A DNA stretch of 64,000 nt from an uncultured Erysipelotrichaceae bacterium. GTDB taxonomy: Bacteria > Bacillota_I > Bacilli_A > RF39 > UBA660. Shown here one piece after another: positions 43,439 through 53,568 of the stretch; within the stretch, counting starts at the first letter, position 1; each line of letters begins with the position of its first letter. A program made the translations under genes and the position numbers. The stretch is from assembly GCA_902801525.1 (NCBI GenBank), contig CADCIN010000002.1, forward strand, positions 12,323 through 76,322, read 5' to 3'. The notes under the pieces are model-generated. The model searched no databases, was not told the origin of the DNA, and worked only from the letters and a program-made list of their open reading frames with translations.

Positions 43439-45343
43439 ATGTTTACTAAGAATATTAATAAAAGAATAAAAATATTCTTTTTAGTATTAGTTTTTCTATT
43501 TATTATAATAATATTAAGAGTACTATATATTCAGGTTATTGATTATAAAAAGCTAAAAAATTACGCAGACAAATTATGGAGTAGAAATTTACCTATAGAA
43601 GCAGATAGGGGTAGAATATTAGATAGAAATGGAGTAGTTCTCGCAGATAATTTAACAACTACATCATTAGTATTAATACCTAATCAAATAAAAAATAAAG
43701 AAAAAACTACTATCGAATTATCTAGAGTGTTAAATGTATCTTATGAACAGATGAAGATTCATGTATATAGAAAAACGTCTATTGAAAGGGTACATCCAGA
43801 AGGAAGAAGATTATCATTTGAAGTGGCAGAGAAAATAGATAAATTAAAACTTCCTGGTGTATATCTTTTAAAAGAATCTAAAAGAAATTATCCATATAAA
43901 AATTTACTATCACATACACTTGGATATGTAGGAATTGATAATCAAGGATTATCCGGATTAGAACTTAAATATGATAAATATTTAACTGGTAAGGATGGTG
44001 CGATTAAATACTTTTCGGATGCTAAAGGTAATAAATTGAAATTACATGATATTTATGAGCAGCCTCAGAGTGGGTTAGATTTAAATTTGACTATTGATGT
44101 AAATATTCAAAAATCCATTGAAAGAGAATTAAATAATATAGTAGATATGTTTAAGCCAGATAATGCACTTGCAATTGCTATGGATCCAAATACAGGAGAA
44201 GTATTAGCTTTAGGTTCCAGACCAGATTATAATCCAAATAAGTATCAAGATTATTCTATAAAAGATTTAAGCAGAAACTTACCAATATGGTCATCATATG
44301 AACCAGGCTCTACTTTTAAGATCATCACAACTTCTGCAGCAGTAGAAGAGAATGTAGTAGATTTATTTAAAGATCATTTCTATGATTCTGGAAGTGTTAA
44401 AGTAGATGGCTCAACACTAAGATGCTGGAAAGCAGGAGGGCATGGTGATCAAACATTCTTACAGGTTCTACAGAATTCCTGCAATCCTGGATTCGTTAAA
44501 TTAGGCCAAAAGCTAGGCAAAGAAAGACTATTTTCATATATCAAGAAATTTGGTTTTGGTGAAAAAACAGGTATAGATTTAAATGGTGAAGGAGAAGGAA
44601 TAATATTTCCACTTAATAAAGTAGGAAATGTAGAACTTGCAACAACTGCATTTGGACAGGGAGTAAGTGTCACACCAATTGAACAAGTAAGAGCTGTATC
44701 TGCTGTAGTAAATGGAGGAAATCTATATAAACCATATGTAGTAAAAAGTATCTCTGAAAAGGAAACTGGAACAGTTTTAAAACTGTATAATAAAAGATTT
44801 ATAAGAAAAGTAATAAGTAAAAAAACATCAAAGATAATGAGATATGGACTAGAAAGTGTTGTTGCTAAAGGAGGAGGAAAAGCAGCATATATAGATGGAT
44901 ATAGAGTAGGAGGAAAGACAGGAACTGCTCAAAAAGTAAAAAATGGAAAATATCTAGTGGGAAATTATATAATGTCTTTTATGTCAGTAGTACCTGCTAA
45001 TAAACCAAAAGTAGTATTTTACTTAGCAATTGATAATCCTAAAAATACTGCACTTCTATCAAGTTATACAACAACACCAATTGCTAGAAGAGTACTTTTA
45101 GATATAATAGATGTCATGAAAATAGAAAAACAAAAAAATTCATTACCAAAGGATTTAGAATGGAATGATAAGCCTATGTACAAAGTTCCAAGTGTTATTA
45201 ATAAAGATGTAGAAGAAGCTAAAAAAAAATTAAAACATTTCACAATAAATTATTCAGGTTCTGGTGAAAAAGTAGTTGGTCAGTCTCCAAATCCAGGAGA
45301 AAAACAAGAAGAAGGGGGAGTAGTTAAGTTAATGTTAAAATAA
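43439..45343 (+). CDS. class B penicillin-binding protein (FtsI/PBP2B/SpoVD-like) with C-terminal PASTA domain
   Basis: N-terminal TM segment, SYEPGSTFK (SxxK), QNSCN (SxN), GGKTGTAQ (KTG), and a PASTA-like C-terminal ~60 aa. Confidence 0.85.
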   Translation: MFTKNINKRIKIFFLVLVFLFIIIILRVLYIQVIDYKKLKNYADKLWSRNLPIEADRGRILDRNGVVLADNLTTTSLVLIPNQIKNKEKTTIELSRVLNVSYEQMKIHVYRKTSIERVHPEGRRLSFEVAEKIDKLKLPGVYLLKESKRNYPYKNLLSHTLGYVGIDNQGLSGLELKYDKYLTGKDGAIKYFSDAKGNKLKLHDIYEQPQSGLDLNLTIDVNIQKSIERELNNIVDMFKPDNALAIAMDPNTGEVLALGSRPDYNPNKYQDYSIKDLSRNLPIWSSYEPGSTFKIITTSAAVEENVVDLFKDHFYDSGSVKVDGSTLRCWKAGGHGDQTFLQVLQNSCNPGFVKLGQKLGKERLFSYIKKFGFGEKTGIDLNGEGEGIIFPLNKVGNVELATTAFGQGVSVTPIEQVRAVSAVVNGGNLYKPYVVKSISEKETGTVLKLYNKRFIRKVISKKTSKIMRYGLESVVAKGGGKAAYIDGYRVGGKTGTAQKVKNGKYLVGNYIMSFMSVVPANKPKVVFYLAIDNPKNTALLSSYTTTPIARRVLLDIIDVMKIEKQKNSLPKDLEWNDKPMYKVPSVINKDVEEAKKKLKHFTINYSGSGEKVVGQSPNPGEKQEEGGVVKLMLK

Positions 45344-45429
45344 TCAAAAGAGTAAATCAAATATAAAAGCATTGACAAATAATGATAATTATGATATAAT
45401 CAATACACTTTATCAAGGGGGATTATAAA

Positions 45430-45951
45430 GTGAAAAATTTAGATAAAAATACTGGGAATATGGGTAGAGTTATAGATAAAGAAACTATAAAAGAAATAAC
45501 AATTCCAAGATTCCTTGAAGAAAAAAGTAGACCAAGAAAAGAAGAAGAAAAGAAAAAGCCAAAAAGTAAAAAAAGAATTGCTAAAGATATTGCAATTTTC
45601 TCATTAGGTGTACTTGCAACCACAGCATCAGTAAAATTATATCAATATGAAGTAGGCAAAAATGCAATTATAAAAGAATTCGATTCTAAAACATCTTTTC
45701 ATAGAGATAATCAAAGTTATGGATTTCAAATTTATCAAGGAACAACAAGATATAACTATTATGATGGTATTAAAGCTTGGGTAGAAGAAGCTAGAGCAAA
45801 TGGAATGTCTGATCAAGAAATATCAGTTGCAATTTCGTGTGAACTTTCAAGTGATGCTGCAGAAACAGGACTAGGAGAAGAAAATTTTTCAGACTTTGGT
45901 GAAAGAATAGAAACTTGTAATAAAGCATATTACAAACAAAAATTAAAATAA
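45430..45951 (+). CDS. hypothetical membrane-anchored protein
   Basis: GTG start after an AAGGGGGA RBS. One TM segment, IAIFSLGVLATTASV. Confidence 0.45.
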   Translation: MKNLDKNTGNMGRVIDKETIKEITIPRFLEEKSRPRKEEEKKKPKSKKRIAKDIAIFSLGVLATTASVKLYQYEVGKNAIIKEFDSKTSFHRDNQSYGFQIYQGTTRYNYYDGIKAWVEEARANGMSDQEISVAISCELSSDAAETGLGEENFSDFGERIETCNKAYYKQKLK

Positions 45952-45961
45952 TAAAGATTTT

Positions 45962-45987
45962 AAAGACAAATTAAATTGTCTTTTTTT
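45962..45987 (+). terminator. intrinsic terminator
   Basis: AAAGACAA / TTGTCTTT stem followed by a T-run. Confidence 0.55.
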
Positions 45988-46049
45988 ATATGTGAAACAA
46001 AGTATATAATTGATTGTTATAATAACAATAAGGAATAAAGATGAGTAAT

Positions 46050-46512
46050 TATGAAAATAAACAGAAAAAAATCAAAAATAAATCATGGTAATGTAATACA
46101 ATCAGCACAAAACTAGAATGTAGTATTTGTAGAAAACAGTGTACTAGCAGCAACAAAATATGTTACAGGTGATACAGGAAGAGTCCGTGGAGCAGCAACT
46201 GTAACAAGTCAAAATGTAACAGTATCAGATATTAAACTATCAAAACAAGATGATAAATGTTCTTATGAATTAACAATGAAAAATAGTGGTTCAAATGCTT
46301 GCAAAATTAGATGAATTAAGTACAATTAGTCTAAAATAACTTACATATCAATACGGTAATGGAAAATATGGCGTATTTGTATGTGGAAACATAAGATATA
46401 AATTGGAAAGTAAAAAAGACGGATCAGGTTCAACTTATTAGATGAATATCAGTCGGCAACAAACTCACTAGTAATTGCAGGAAATATAAAGAATTATATG
46501 AAACTGAAATAA
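46050..46512 (+). pseudogene. decayed sixth member of the four-cysteine secreted protein family
   Basis: Reads MKINRKKSKINHGNVIQSAQN*NVVF...GRVRGAATVTSQNVTVSDIKLSKQDDKCSYELTMKNSG...VCGNIRYKL. The signal-peptide core is deleted, the conserved Trp codon is TAG, and there are several frame breaks. Confidence 0.65.
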
Positions 46513-46593
46513 TTGATTCTTAAACTACTTTAATAATAAAAAAATATCTGTTATAATAAACATATAATATATGAAGTAAAGAGGGTAATAAAT

Positions 46594-48051
46594 ATGAATG
46601 AGACAAGAGGAGCAAAAGGATCTAGAAATGACCGCAAAAGAGTTCAAAATATTATTAAAAAAAAGAAGATAAAAAAACAAAGACAAATGCAAGAAGAAAA
46701 AAGAAGAAAAAGGCAAGAAGAAAAGAAATTAAGAAGAAATAAAGAAATAATGAATATGACTCTTAAAGACAAAGAAAAACTAGTAAGGAAAGACCAAATA
46801 AAAAATATAGTTAAATTAGCGCCTCTTGTAGTAGTAGGAAAAACATATGAATCAGTTAAACCCTCTAAAATAAAAAAAGAAAATATTCAAGAAGTTAAAA
46901 AAGATAAATTAAAAAAGCAACCACCAAAAGAGCAAATGAAAAAAGAAGAAAAAGAAGTAAAGCAAGAACCAATAAAAAAAGAAACAAAAGAAGTAAAGAG
47001 TAATAAAATAGATTCTAAAACACTTAAAAAAGTAGCTAATATAAAGATAACAACTGCATATACAAATGAATTAAAAGAAGCCAAGTTAAATTTAAAAAAT
47101 AAAATAATAGAGTATAATGTACTTGCAAAAAGTCCTGAATTAAAATATTCAGAAGATAAAATAAGTGAAAATATTAAAGATATAAATTTATTAATAAGAA
47201 AAATAGAAAATCTTACAGAAAAGCTAAAAAGAGATATAAAAACTGATTTTAATGATTCATACATGGATTATATGACAGATGTATATTTAGATATGTTTAA
47301 TAATAAAAGACCGGCTAAAGGTATCAAAAACTCAGATATATACATAGAATTATCTCAAAATATAAAAAAAGTAAAAACTAAAGAAGAAAAGTTTGATAAG
47401 AAAAATACTATCAAAAAAGCAATGAACTTTGTAATAGAAGATGACTTAAAAGAATTTATTGAAAAGATGGATAATCCAGAGAATATGCTTGAAAAACTAA
47501 AAGAATTTGAAAAAGAACAAGAAAATATTTTAAAAGATCTAGATGAAAAATTAGAAAAAGCAGTAAATATTAAAGAAGTAACTAAATATAAAATTAAAGG
47601 CCTAAATAAATTTAGTAAGAATCTTATGAAATTAGTATCAGTAAAAATGCTACTTCCAGGACCAGCAACAGTTAAAGCAACATCTCTTGCAGTATCTTCT
47701 TCATTAGCAGTAATGAGTAATTTAATTAATCCAAATATAGAAAAGAAAAAAGATACAAAAATTACAGTAACTGATTATGAAAAAGAATTAAATAAGAATT
47801 TAGATGATTTAAGCAGTGTAATTAAAAATATTAAAGATGCAAATAAAAATGTTCAAAATACAATAAATGATTTTTATAATAATTATAAAGATTATTTTGA
47901 AGATTATCCTGAATGTGTAGAAATATATAATAATATGTTAAATATAATGACAGAGTTAGAAACTAAATCATATGAGATAGAAACTTTAAAGAAACAAAAA
48001 GAAAAACAACTAGAAAAAAATAATGCAAAAGTACTAGCTTATGGAAAATAA
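46594..48051 (+). CDS. lysine-rich coiled-coil protein with central hydrophobic segment, unknown function
   Basis: 485-aa ORF with a GAGGG RBS and hydrophobic segment LLPGPATVKATSLAVSSSLAVM. Confidence 0.5.
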   Translation: MNETRGAKGSRNDRKRVQNIIKKKKIKKQRQMQEEKRRKRQEEKKLRRNKEIMNMTLKDKEKLVRKDQIKNIVKLAPLVVVGKTYESVKPSKIKKENIQEVKKDKLKKQPPKEQMKKEEKEVKQEPIKKETKEVKSNKIDSKTLKKVANIKITTAYTNELKEAKLNLKNKIIEYNVLAKSPELKYSEDKISENIKDINLLIRKIENLTEKLKRDIKTDFNDSYMDYMTDVYLDMFNNKRPAKGIKNSDIYIELSQNIKKVKTKEEKFDKKNTIKKAMNFVIEDDLKEFIEKMDNPENMLEKLKEFEKEQENILKDLDEKLEKAVNIKEVTKYKIKGLNKFSKNLMKLVSVKMLLPGPATVKATSLAVSSSLAVMSNLINPNIEKKKDTKITVTDYEKELNKNLDDLSSVIKNIKDANKNVQNTINDFYNNYKDYFEDYPECVEIYNNMLNIMTELETKSYEIETLKKQKEKQLEKNNAKVLAYGK

Positions 48052-48137
48052 TATGTCAAGTTATGTCTAAATATTAAAATTATGGACTATTATTTAAACT
48101 CGTGTGATATAATATTTTGAAGAAACGGAGTGAACAT

Positions 48138-49118
48138 ATGTTACTATTAACAAAAGCAATTGTTGCTATTATGATGGGATTTTTATTCTCAGCAGTACTT
48201 GGACTTGCATTAGTACCATTACTAAAAAAGATGAGAGTAGGTCAAAGAATTAGTATATTTGTAGGAGAATCACATAGAAAAAAAGAAGGTACTACAACTA
48301 TGGGTGGTTTAATATTTATTATTCCAACTGTAGTAATAACTTTAGGGCTATTATTATTTCATAAAATATCTTATAGTTCTAATCTAGGAATAGTATTACT
48401 TGTATTTATTGGATATGCCTTAATAGGATTCTTAGATGATGTTTTATCTATCAGAAGAGGACATAATGAAGGATTAACAGTATATCAAAAACTTCTTATG
48501 CAAGTTGCAATCGCAATTGGATTCTTCTATATTTACATGAAAAATGGTGGCCAAACTTCATGGGTAGTTGGAACGCTTCATATTGATATAGAAATGACAT
48601 GGTTATATGGATTATTTATTTTACTTATTCTAGTAGGGGCAAGTAATGCAGTTAATTTAACAGATGGATTAGATGGACTTGCTGGAGGACTTTCAGCAAT
48701 AGCATTTATTGCATTTAGTTTAATATCTCTTACAGTAGGATTTGAAGATATAGGAATATTTAGTTTAATACTTGCAGGAAGTGTATTTGGATTCTTAATA
48801 TATAATACTCATCCAGCAAAAGTATTTATGGGAGATACAGGATCACTTGCCTTAGGTGCTGCAATGGGCGCTATCGCAATACTTACACACCGTGAATTAA
48901 CACTTTTAGTAGTCGCAGGAATATTTGTAATAGAAACACTTACTGTAATACTTCAAACAATATGGGTAATTTGTTTCCATAAAAAATTATTCTTAATGAC
49001 TCCAATTCATCATCATTTTGAAAAACTAGGATGGGATGAAACAGATATAGTTAAATTATTCTGGGTAGGAGGATTAATACTAGCTATGTCAGGAATAATA
49101 TTTGGTGTATGGTTATAG
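48138..49118 (+). CDS. mraY: phospho-N-acetylmuramoyl-pentapeptide transferase
   Basis: A GGAG RBS precedes the ATG at 48138. Polytopic membrane protein with NAVNLTDGLDGLA, FMGDTGSLALG and PIHHHFE motifs. Confidence 0.9.
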   Translation: MLLLTKAIVAIMMGFLFSAVLGLALVPLLKKMRVGQRISIFVGESHRKKEGTTTMGGLIFIIPTVVITLGLLLFHKISYSSNLGIVLLVFIGYALIGFLDDVLSIRRGHNEGLTVYQKLLMQVAIAIGFFYIYMKNGGQTSWVVGTLHIDIEMTWLYGLFILLILVGASNAVNLTDGLDGLAGGLSAIAFIAFSLISLTVGFEDIGIFSLILAGSVFGFLIYNTHPAKVFMGDTGSLALGAAMGAIAILTHRELTLLVVAGIFVIETLTVILQTIWVICFHKKLFLMTPIHHHFEKLGWDETDIVKLFWVGGLILAMSGIIFGVWL

Positions 49119-49148
49119 AATTAATTTATATTAATTCTTTTTTTTTTA
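49117..49148 (+). terminator. intrinsic terminator
   Basis: AGAATTAAT / ATTAATTCT stem followed by T10. Confidence 0.55.
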
Positions 49149-49179
49149 CTTAAAACATAATATTTATTAGGTGATTACT

Positions 49180-50265
49180 ATGAAAAAGATAGATTATATA
49201 TTACTATTTTCTGTAATATTATTGTCATTATTTGGAGTAGTTATGATATATTCATCATCAAGTACTTGGGCAAAGTATAAATTTAATGATGAATTTCATT
49301 ATTTAAAACTACAATTATTATTTTTAATACTTGGAATAATAGTAATGTATATAATATCTAGAATAAATTATAAAGTATATTATGAAAAATCAAATACTAT
49401 CTTACTAATTTGTTTTATACTTTTAATACTTGTCTTAATACCAGGAATAGGTAAAATAAGAAATGGAAGTAGAAGCTGGTTTGGACTTGGACCATTTGGA
49501 ATACAACCTAGTGAATTTATGAAATTAGGACTAATTATTTTTACTAGTAAATATTTAACTAATAATGAAAAAGATTTAAAAAATTTTAAAAAAGGAGTAT
49601 TTCCAATTTTACTAGTATTGTTAACTGCTTTTTTTTTAATTATGCTTCAGCCAGATTTAGGTACTGGAACAGTCTTAGTCGTATCAATATTATCCTTATT
49701 ATTTATTTCGGGAGTAGATATAAAATTCTTCATAGGAAGTTTTATAATAGGGTTAATAGGAATTATAATCTTAATTGTAATTGCACCATATAGAATGAAT
49801 AGAATAACATCATTTATGAATCCATGGAAAGATGCCTTAGGTACCGGTTTTCAAATAATTCAAAGTTTGTATGCAATCGGACCAGGAGGACTTCTTGGAA
49901 CAGGATTTTTAAAATCTATTCAAAAACATTTTTACCTACCAGAACCTCAGACAGATTTTATATTTTCAATTATTTCAGAAGAATTTGGTTTTCTAGGAGT
50001 ATTTATCGTAACAGGATTGTTTATTGTTATATTATATAGAAGTATTAAAATTGCTCTTAATTCAAAAGATGCTTTTTCTAAATATTTATCATTTGGAATG
50101 ATATTTCAAATAATATTTCAAGCTCTTATGAATTTAATGGTCGTCGTTGGACTAATACCTGTAACAGGAGTTACACTGCCATTCTTATCATATGGAGGAT
50201 CATCTCTTTTAATTAGTATGGCAAGTATTGGAATATTACTTAATATTTCAAGACATAATAATTAG
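49180..50265 (+). CDS. ftsW: FtsW/RodA/SpoVE-family peptidoglycan glycosyltransferase
   Basis: An AGGTGA RBS precedes the ATG at 49180. Polytopic protein with SHAPE-family motifs: PSEFMK, LQPDLGT, LPEPQTDFIFS, PLPFLSYGGSS. Confidence 0.8.
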   Translation: MKKIDYILLFSVILLSLFGVVMIYSSSSTWAKYKFNDEFHYLKLQLLFLILGIIVMYIISRINYKVYYEKSNTILLICFILLILVLIPGIGKIRNGSRSWFGLGPFGIQPSEFMKLGLIIFTSKYLTNNEKDLKNFKKGVFPILLVLLTAFFLIMLQPDLGTGTVLVVSILSLLFISGVDIKFFIGSFIIGLIGIIILIVIAPYRMNRITSFMNPWKDALGTGFQIIQSLYAIGPGGLLGTGFLKSIQKHFYLPEPQTDFIFSIISEEFGFLGVFIVTGLFIVILYRSIKIALNSKDAFSKYLSFGMIFQIIFQALMNLMVVVGLIPVTGVTLPFLSYGGSSLLISMASIGILLNISRHNN

Positions 50266-50396
50266 AAAATATTAATAAAAATATTATAGTTATTAGATAA
50301 TATTATGAATAACTTTAAATAAATTGTACTAGATATAGTTATTTGACAAGAAATCTAAATTAAATTATAATAATCCATAATCAAAAGGAGACTATT

Positions 50397-51215
50397 ATGG
50401 ATAAATATCGTGAGTTTGGTGAAATAGTAAGAGAGCATTATTATAATGAATTGAAAAGTAATAGAACAATTTCAGAAATTTCTAAAGAAGAAATGAGCCC
50501 AGAGAATATAATAAGTTATTTAACTGATTATGGAACAAAAATAGACGATAAAATAATATACGATGCAATTGAAGAATATTATAAGTCAAATTTCGAAATA
50601 AAAGATAATCATATACTTATTGTAACTGATACACATATTGGTGGAACACAGGAAGATTTTCACCTAATTGATAAAGCAATTGATTATGCATCAAAAAAAG
50701 GAATTAAAACAAGTATTAATTGTGGAGACATAATAGAAGGTTAATCAAATAGTAATATAATAAGTGATGACTATGAAAAGCAATTATTAAAATTAAAAAA
50801 AGGTTATCTAGATAAATGCCAAGAAGCAAAGCTAAAAACATATTATTTATTAGGTAACCATGATTTTAATGCTGGATATTATGAAAATATAGATTTAAAA
50901 AAATATATAGATGATTTTCCGTTATTTAAATATCTAGGTAGTGAAACAAGTTATATATATGGTATGTTTAAAGAACGTGTTAAGATTCATCATGATAGTT
51001 CGATGGAGTATCATTCAGTACCAAGTCTTGAATCGTCATTAACTTTAAATGGTCATCGTCATTATTTTGAAGTGAAAGAAGATAATAATGTTATATATGT
51101 ACCAGCATTAGCTAAAATAGAGGGATTGACTACTGCACCTGGATTTATTGATTTAGGTATAGAAAAAGATGCTTTTGTTATAAATGAAAAAGTTTTAAAA
51201 AAGAAAAAATACTAA
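50397..51215 (+). pseudogene. calcineurin-like metallophosphoesterase interrupted by a single in-frame TAA (50742-50744)
   Basis: DTHIG and GDIIEG occur before the stop. GNHD and GHRH occur after it, in the same frame, with no other stop in between. Confidence 0.7.
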
Positions 51216-51356
51216 TGAGTTTAAGTACTCACTTTTTTATAAGAAAATGATAGATAAATAAAAATCGGGTAATTTATTAGTAAAAATAACCAATAAATTA
51301 ATATTAAATATTGTATAAAATAGAAAATTAGTATATATTTATTTTAGGGTGATAAT

Positions 51357-52235
51357 ATGAATAAAAAGGAAAAGTCAAAGAAATTAATTTCATATATTTT
51401 ATTAACATTTGGAGCAATATTAGCATCGTATGCTTTATCAACATTCCTAATACCAAATAATATATTAGATGGAGGAGTAACGGGTATAGGTATTATTATT
51501 TCTAAGTTATTTAAAATACCATTAAGTATCTTAGTAATAGTAATTAATATACCATTTTTATACTTAGGATATAAAAATGTAGGTAAGAACTTTCTATATA
51601 GATCAATCTATTCAATGATTATCTATTCGGTATTCTTAACATACTTTGAAATGTTTGAACCAGTAACAGATCAAATATTACTTGCAACAGTATTTGGTGG
51701 AGGACTACTTGGGGTAGGAGTTGGACTTGTACTTCATTCAGGTGGCTGTGTTGATGGAACTGAGTCACTTGCAACAGTAATTAGTAAAAAAACATCATTC
51801 TCAGTTGGACAAATAGTTTTATTATTTAATTTAATAATATATAGTATTGCAGGAATATTCTTTGGACTAGATAGAGCTATGTATTCATTACTTACATATT
51901 TTATTACATTCAAAGTAATAGACTTTGTCTCAGAAGGATTAGAACAAGCAAAAGCAGCCCTAATAGTAACTGAAAAAGGAACAGATCTTGCAGACGAAAT
52001 TTATAAAAGACTAGGTCGTACAGTTACAAAAATTAAAGGAAAAGGCTTGATTTCTGGCGAAAAAGAAGTATTATATTGTGTGTTAACAAGAGTTGAAATA
52101 TTCGAGTTAAAAAGAATATGTGAAGAAATGGATGAAAGCAGTTTCATTACAATACTAGAAGTATCAGAAATAATTGGTAATCATATCAAAGAAAAACCAA
52201 AAAGGAAAATAAAAAAACAAATAAAAACAAAATAG
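51357..52235 (+). CDS. YitT-family membrane protein (with DUF2179-like C-terminal domain)
   Basis: Five or six TM segments with the LDGGVTGIG motif and a soluble C-terminal domain. 292 aa. Confidence 0.65.
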   Translation: MNKKEKSKKLISYILLTFGAILASYALSTFLIPNNILDGGVTGIGIIISKLFKIPLSILVIVINIPFLYLGYKNVGKNFLYRSIYSMIIYSVFLTYFEMFEPVTDQILLATVFGGGLLGVGVGLVLHSGGCVDGTESLATVISKKTSFSVGQIVLLFNLIIYSIAGIFFGLDRAMYSLLTYFITFKVIDFVSEGLEQAKAALIVTEKGTDLADEIYKRLGRTVTKIKGKGLISGEKEVLYCVLTRVEIFELKRICEEMDESSFITILEVSEIIGNHIKEKPKRKIKKQIKTK

Positions 52236-52247
52236 TAGAGGTACAGT

Positions 52248-52799
52248 ATGTTTAATAATAAAAGATATTTAATAAAAAATATATTTATAATAGGAGTAAT
52301 TCTTTTAATTGCGTGCATCGCAACACAAAAGATATATACTAAATTTACAAAAGAAAGAAATATATCAGAAGGATCTAATTCACTTGAAATAATATATCAT
52401 CAAAAGACTGGATCTAAAGTAACACTTACAAAATTAACACCAGTTACAGATTCAGTGGGATTATCATCAAAAGAATATTCTCTAACAGTAAAAAATAAAT
52501 TAACAAGAGAAGTTAATTATAATGTTAAATTAGAAAGAGACTTAAAAGAGATAATAAATGATGAATGTGGTGAATATCAAATACCGGAAAATATAATAAG
52601 AGTAAGTATTAAATCAACAAATGAAAAAGATAAAATATATGAGTTAGATCAAATTAAAAATAATATATTAAAAAAAGATATATTAAAACCTAATCAAGAA
52701 AAAGATTATATAATAAGACTATGGGTAGAAAAAAATACCCTTCCAGCAGGAAGTAATATGCATTACCATGGAAATATTAAAGTAAAAGAGGTGAAATAA
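52248..52799 (+). CDS. hypothetical membrane-anchored protein
   Basis: 183-aa ORF with an N-terminal TM segment and a GAGGTA RBS. Confidence 0.45.
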   Translation: MFNNKRYLIKNIFIIGVILLIACIATQKIYTKFTKERNISEGSNSLEIIYHQKTGSKVTLTKLTPVTDSVGLSSKEYSLTVKNKLTREVNYNVKLERDLKEIINDECGEYQIPENIIRVSIKSTNEKDKIYELDQIKNNILKKDILKPNQEKDYIIRLWVEKNTLPAGSNMHYHGNIKVKEVK

Positions 52800-53263
52800 T
52801 GGATATAGATTTAAGTCTTTTACATAGTAAAACAAAAGATAATATTGATATTTCAGGTATATATGACATACCAAAAGAGTATTATAAAGACTATGAAGAA
52901 ATAATAAGTATTGAAAAAATAGAAATAAATGGTATAATTAACCAGGACGCAGAAGAAAACGACCATGCAAATTGTACAATAAATGGAAAAATGATACTTA
53001 AAGATTCAATATCTCTTGAGCCTGTTGAGTATCCAATTTCAATAGAATATGATGATATTTTAGAAGAAAGTTGCAAAAAAAGTGAAAATACACTTGATAT
53101 ATTTTCATTTTTATGGGAAAATATTGTACTAGAGGTTCCATTACAATTTACCAAGGTTACGGATCTCAGTAAGTTTCATGGAAATGGATGGAAGTTAGTT
53201 TCTGAAGAAGAACAAAAAAATTCTAATAATCCATTTAGTGATTTATTAAAAGAATTTAAGTAA
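52799..53263 (+). CDS. YceD/DUF177-family protein
   Basis: 154-aa acidic protein immediately upstream of rpmF, the conserved yceD-rpmF arrangement. Confidence 0.6.
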   Translation: MDIDLSLLHSKTKDNIDISGIYDIPKEYYKDYEEIISIEKIEINGIINQDAEENDHANCTINGKMILKDSISLEPVEYPISIEYDDILEESCKKSENTLDIFSFLWENIVLEVPLQFTKVTDLSKFHGNGWKLVSEEEQKNSNNPFSDLLKEFK

Positions 53264-53277
53264 AGAGGAGTGATAAT

Positions 53278-53484
53278 ATGATGAAGTTAGATATCCAAAT
53301 GTTCGCAGTTCCTTTTCGTAAAGTTTCAAAAACAAGAAAAAGAATGAGAAGAAGTCACAACGCTATGGAAGTTCCAGGATTAACAAAATGCCCTAACTGT
53401 GGTGAAATTATTAAACCACATAGAGTATGTAAAAAATGTGGAAGTTACAAAGGTAAGACAGTAGTTTCAAAGAAAGAAAATTAA
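53278..53484 (+). CDS. rpmF: 50S ribosomal protein L32
   Basis: [18 protein letters not shown] and the CPNCG...CKKCG zinc ribbon. The true start may be the ATG at 53299. Confidence 0.85.
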   Translation: MMKLDIQMFAVPFRKVSKTRKRMRRSHNAMEVPGLTKCPNCGEIIKPHRVCKKCGSYKGKTVVSKKEN

Positions 53485-53568
53485 TTTAAAATTAATTTTT
53501 TTTTTTGCCATTTTTTAACCTTGCTCAAATAAACTATTACTATTATAATAATATATAGTGGTGATAAA

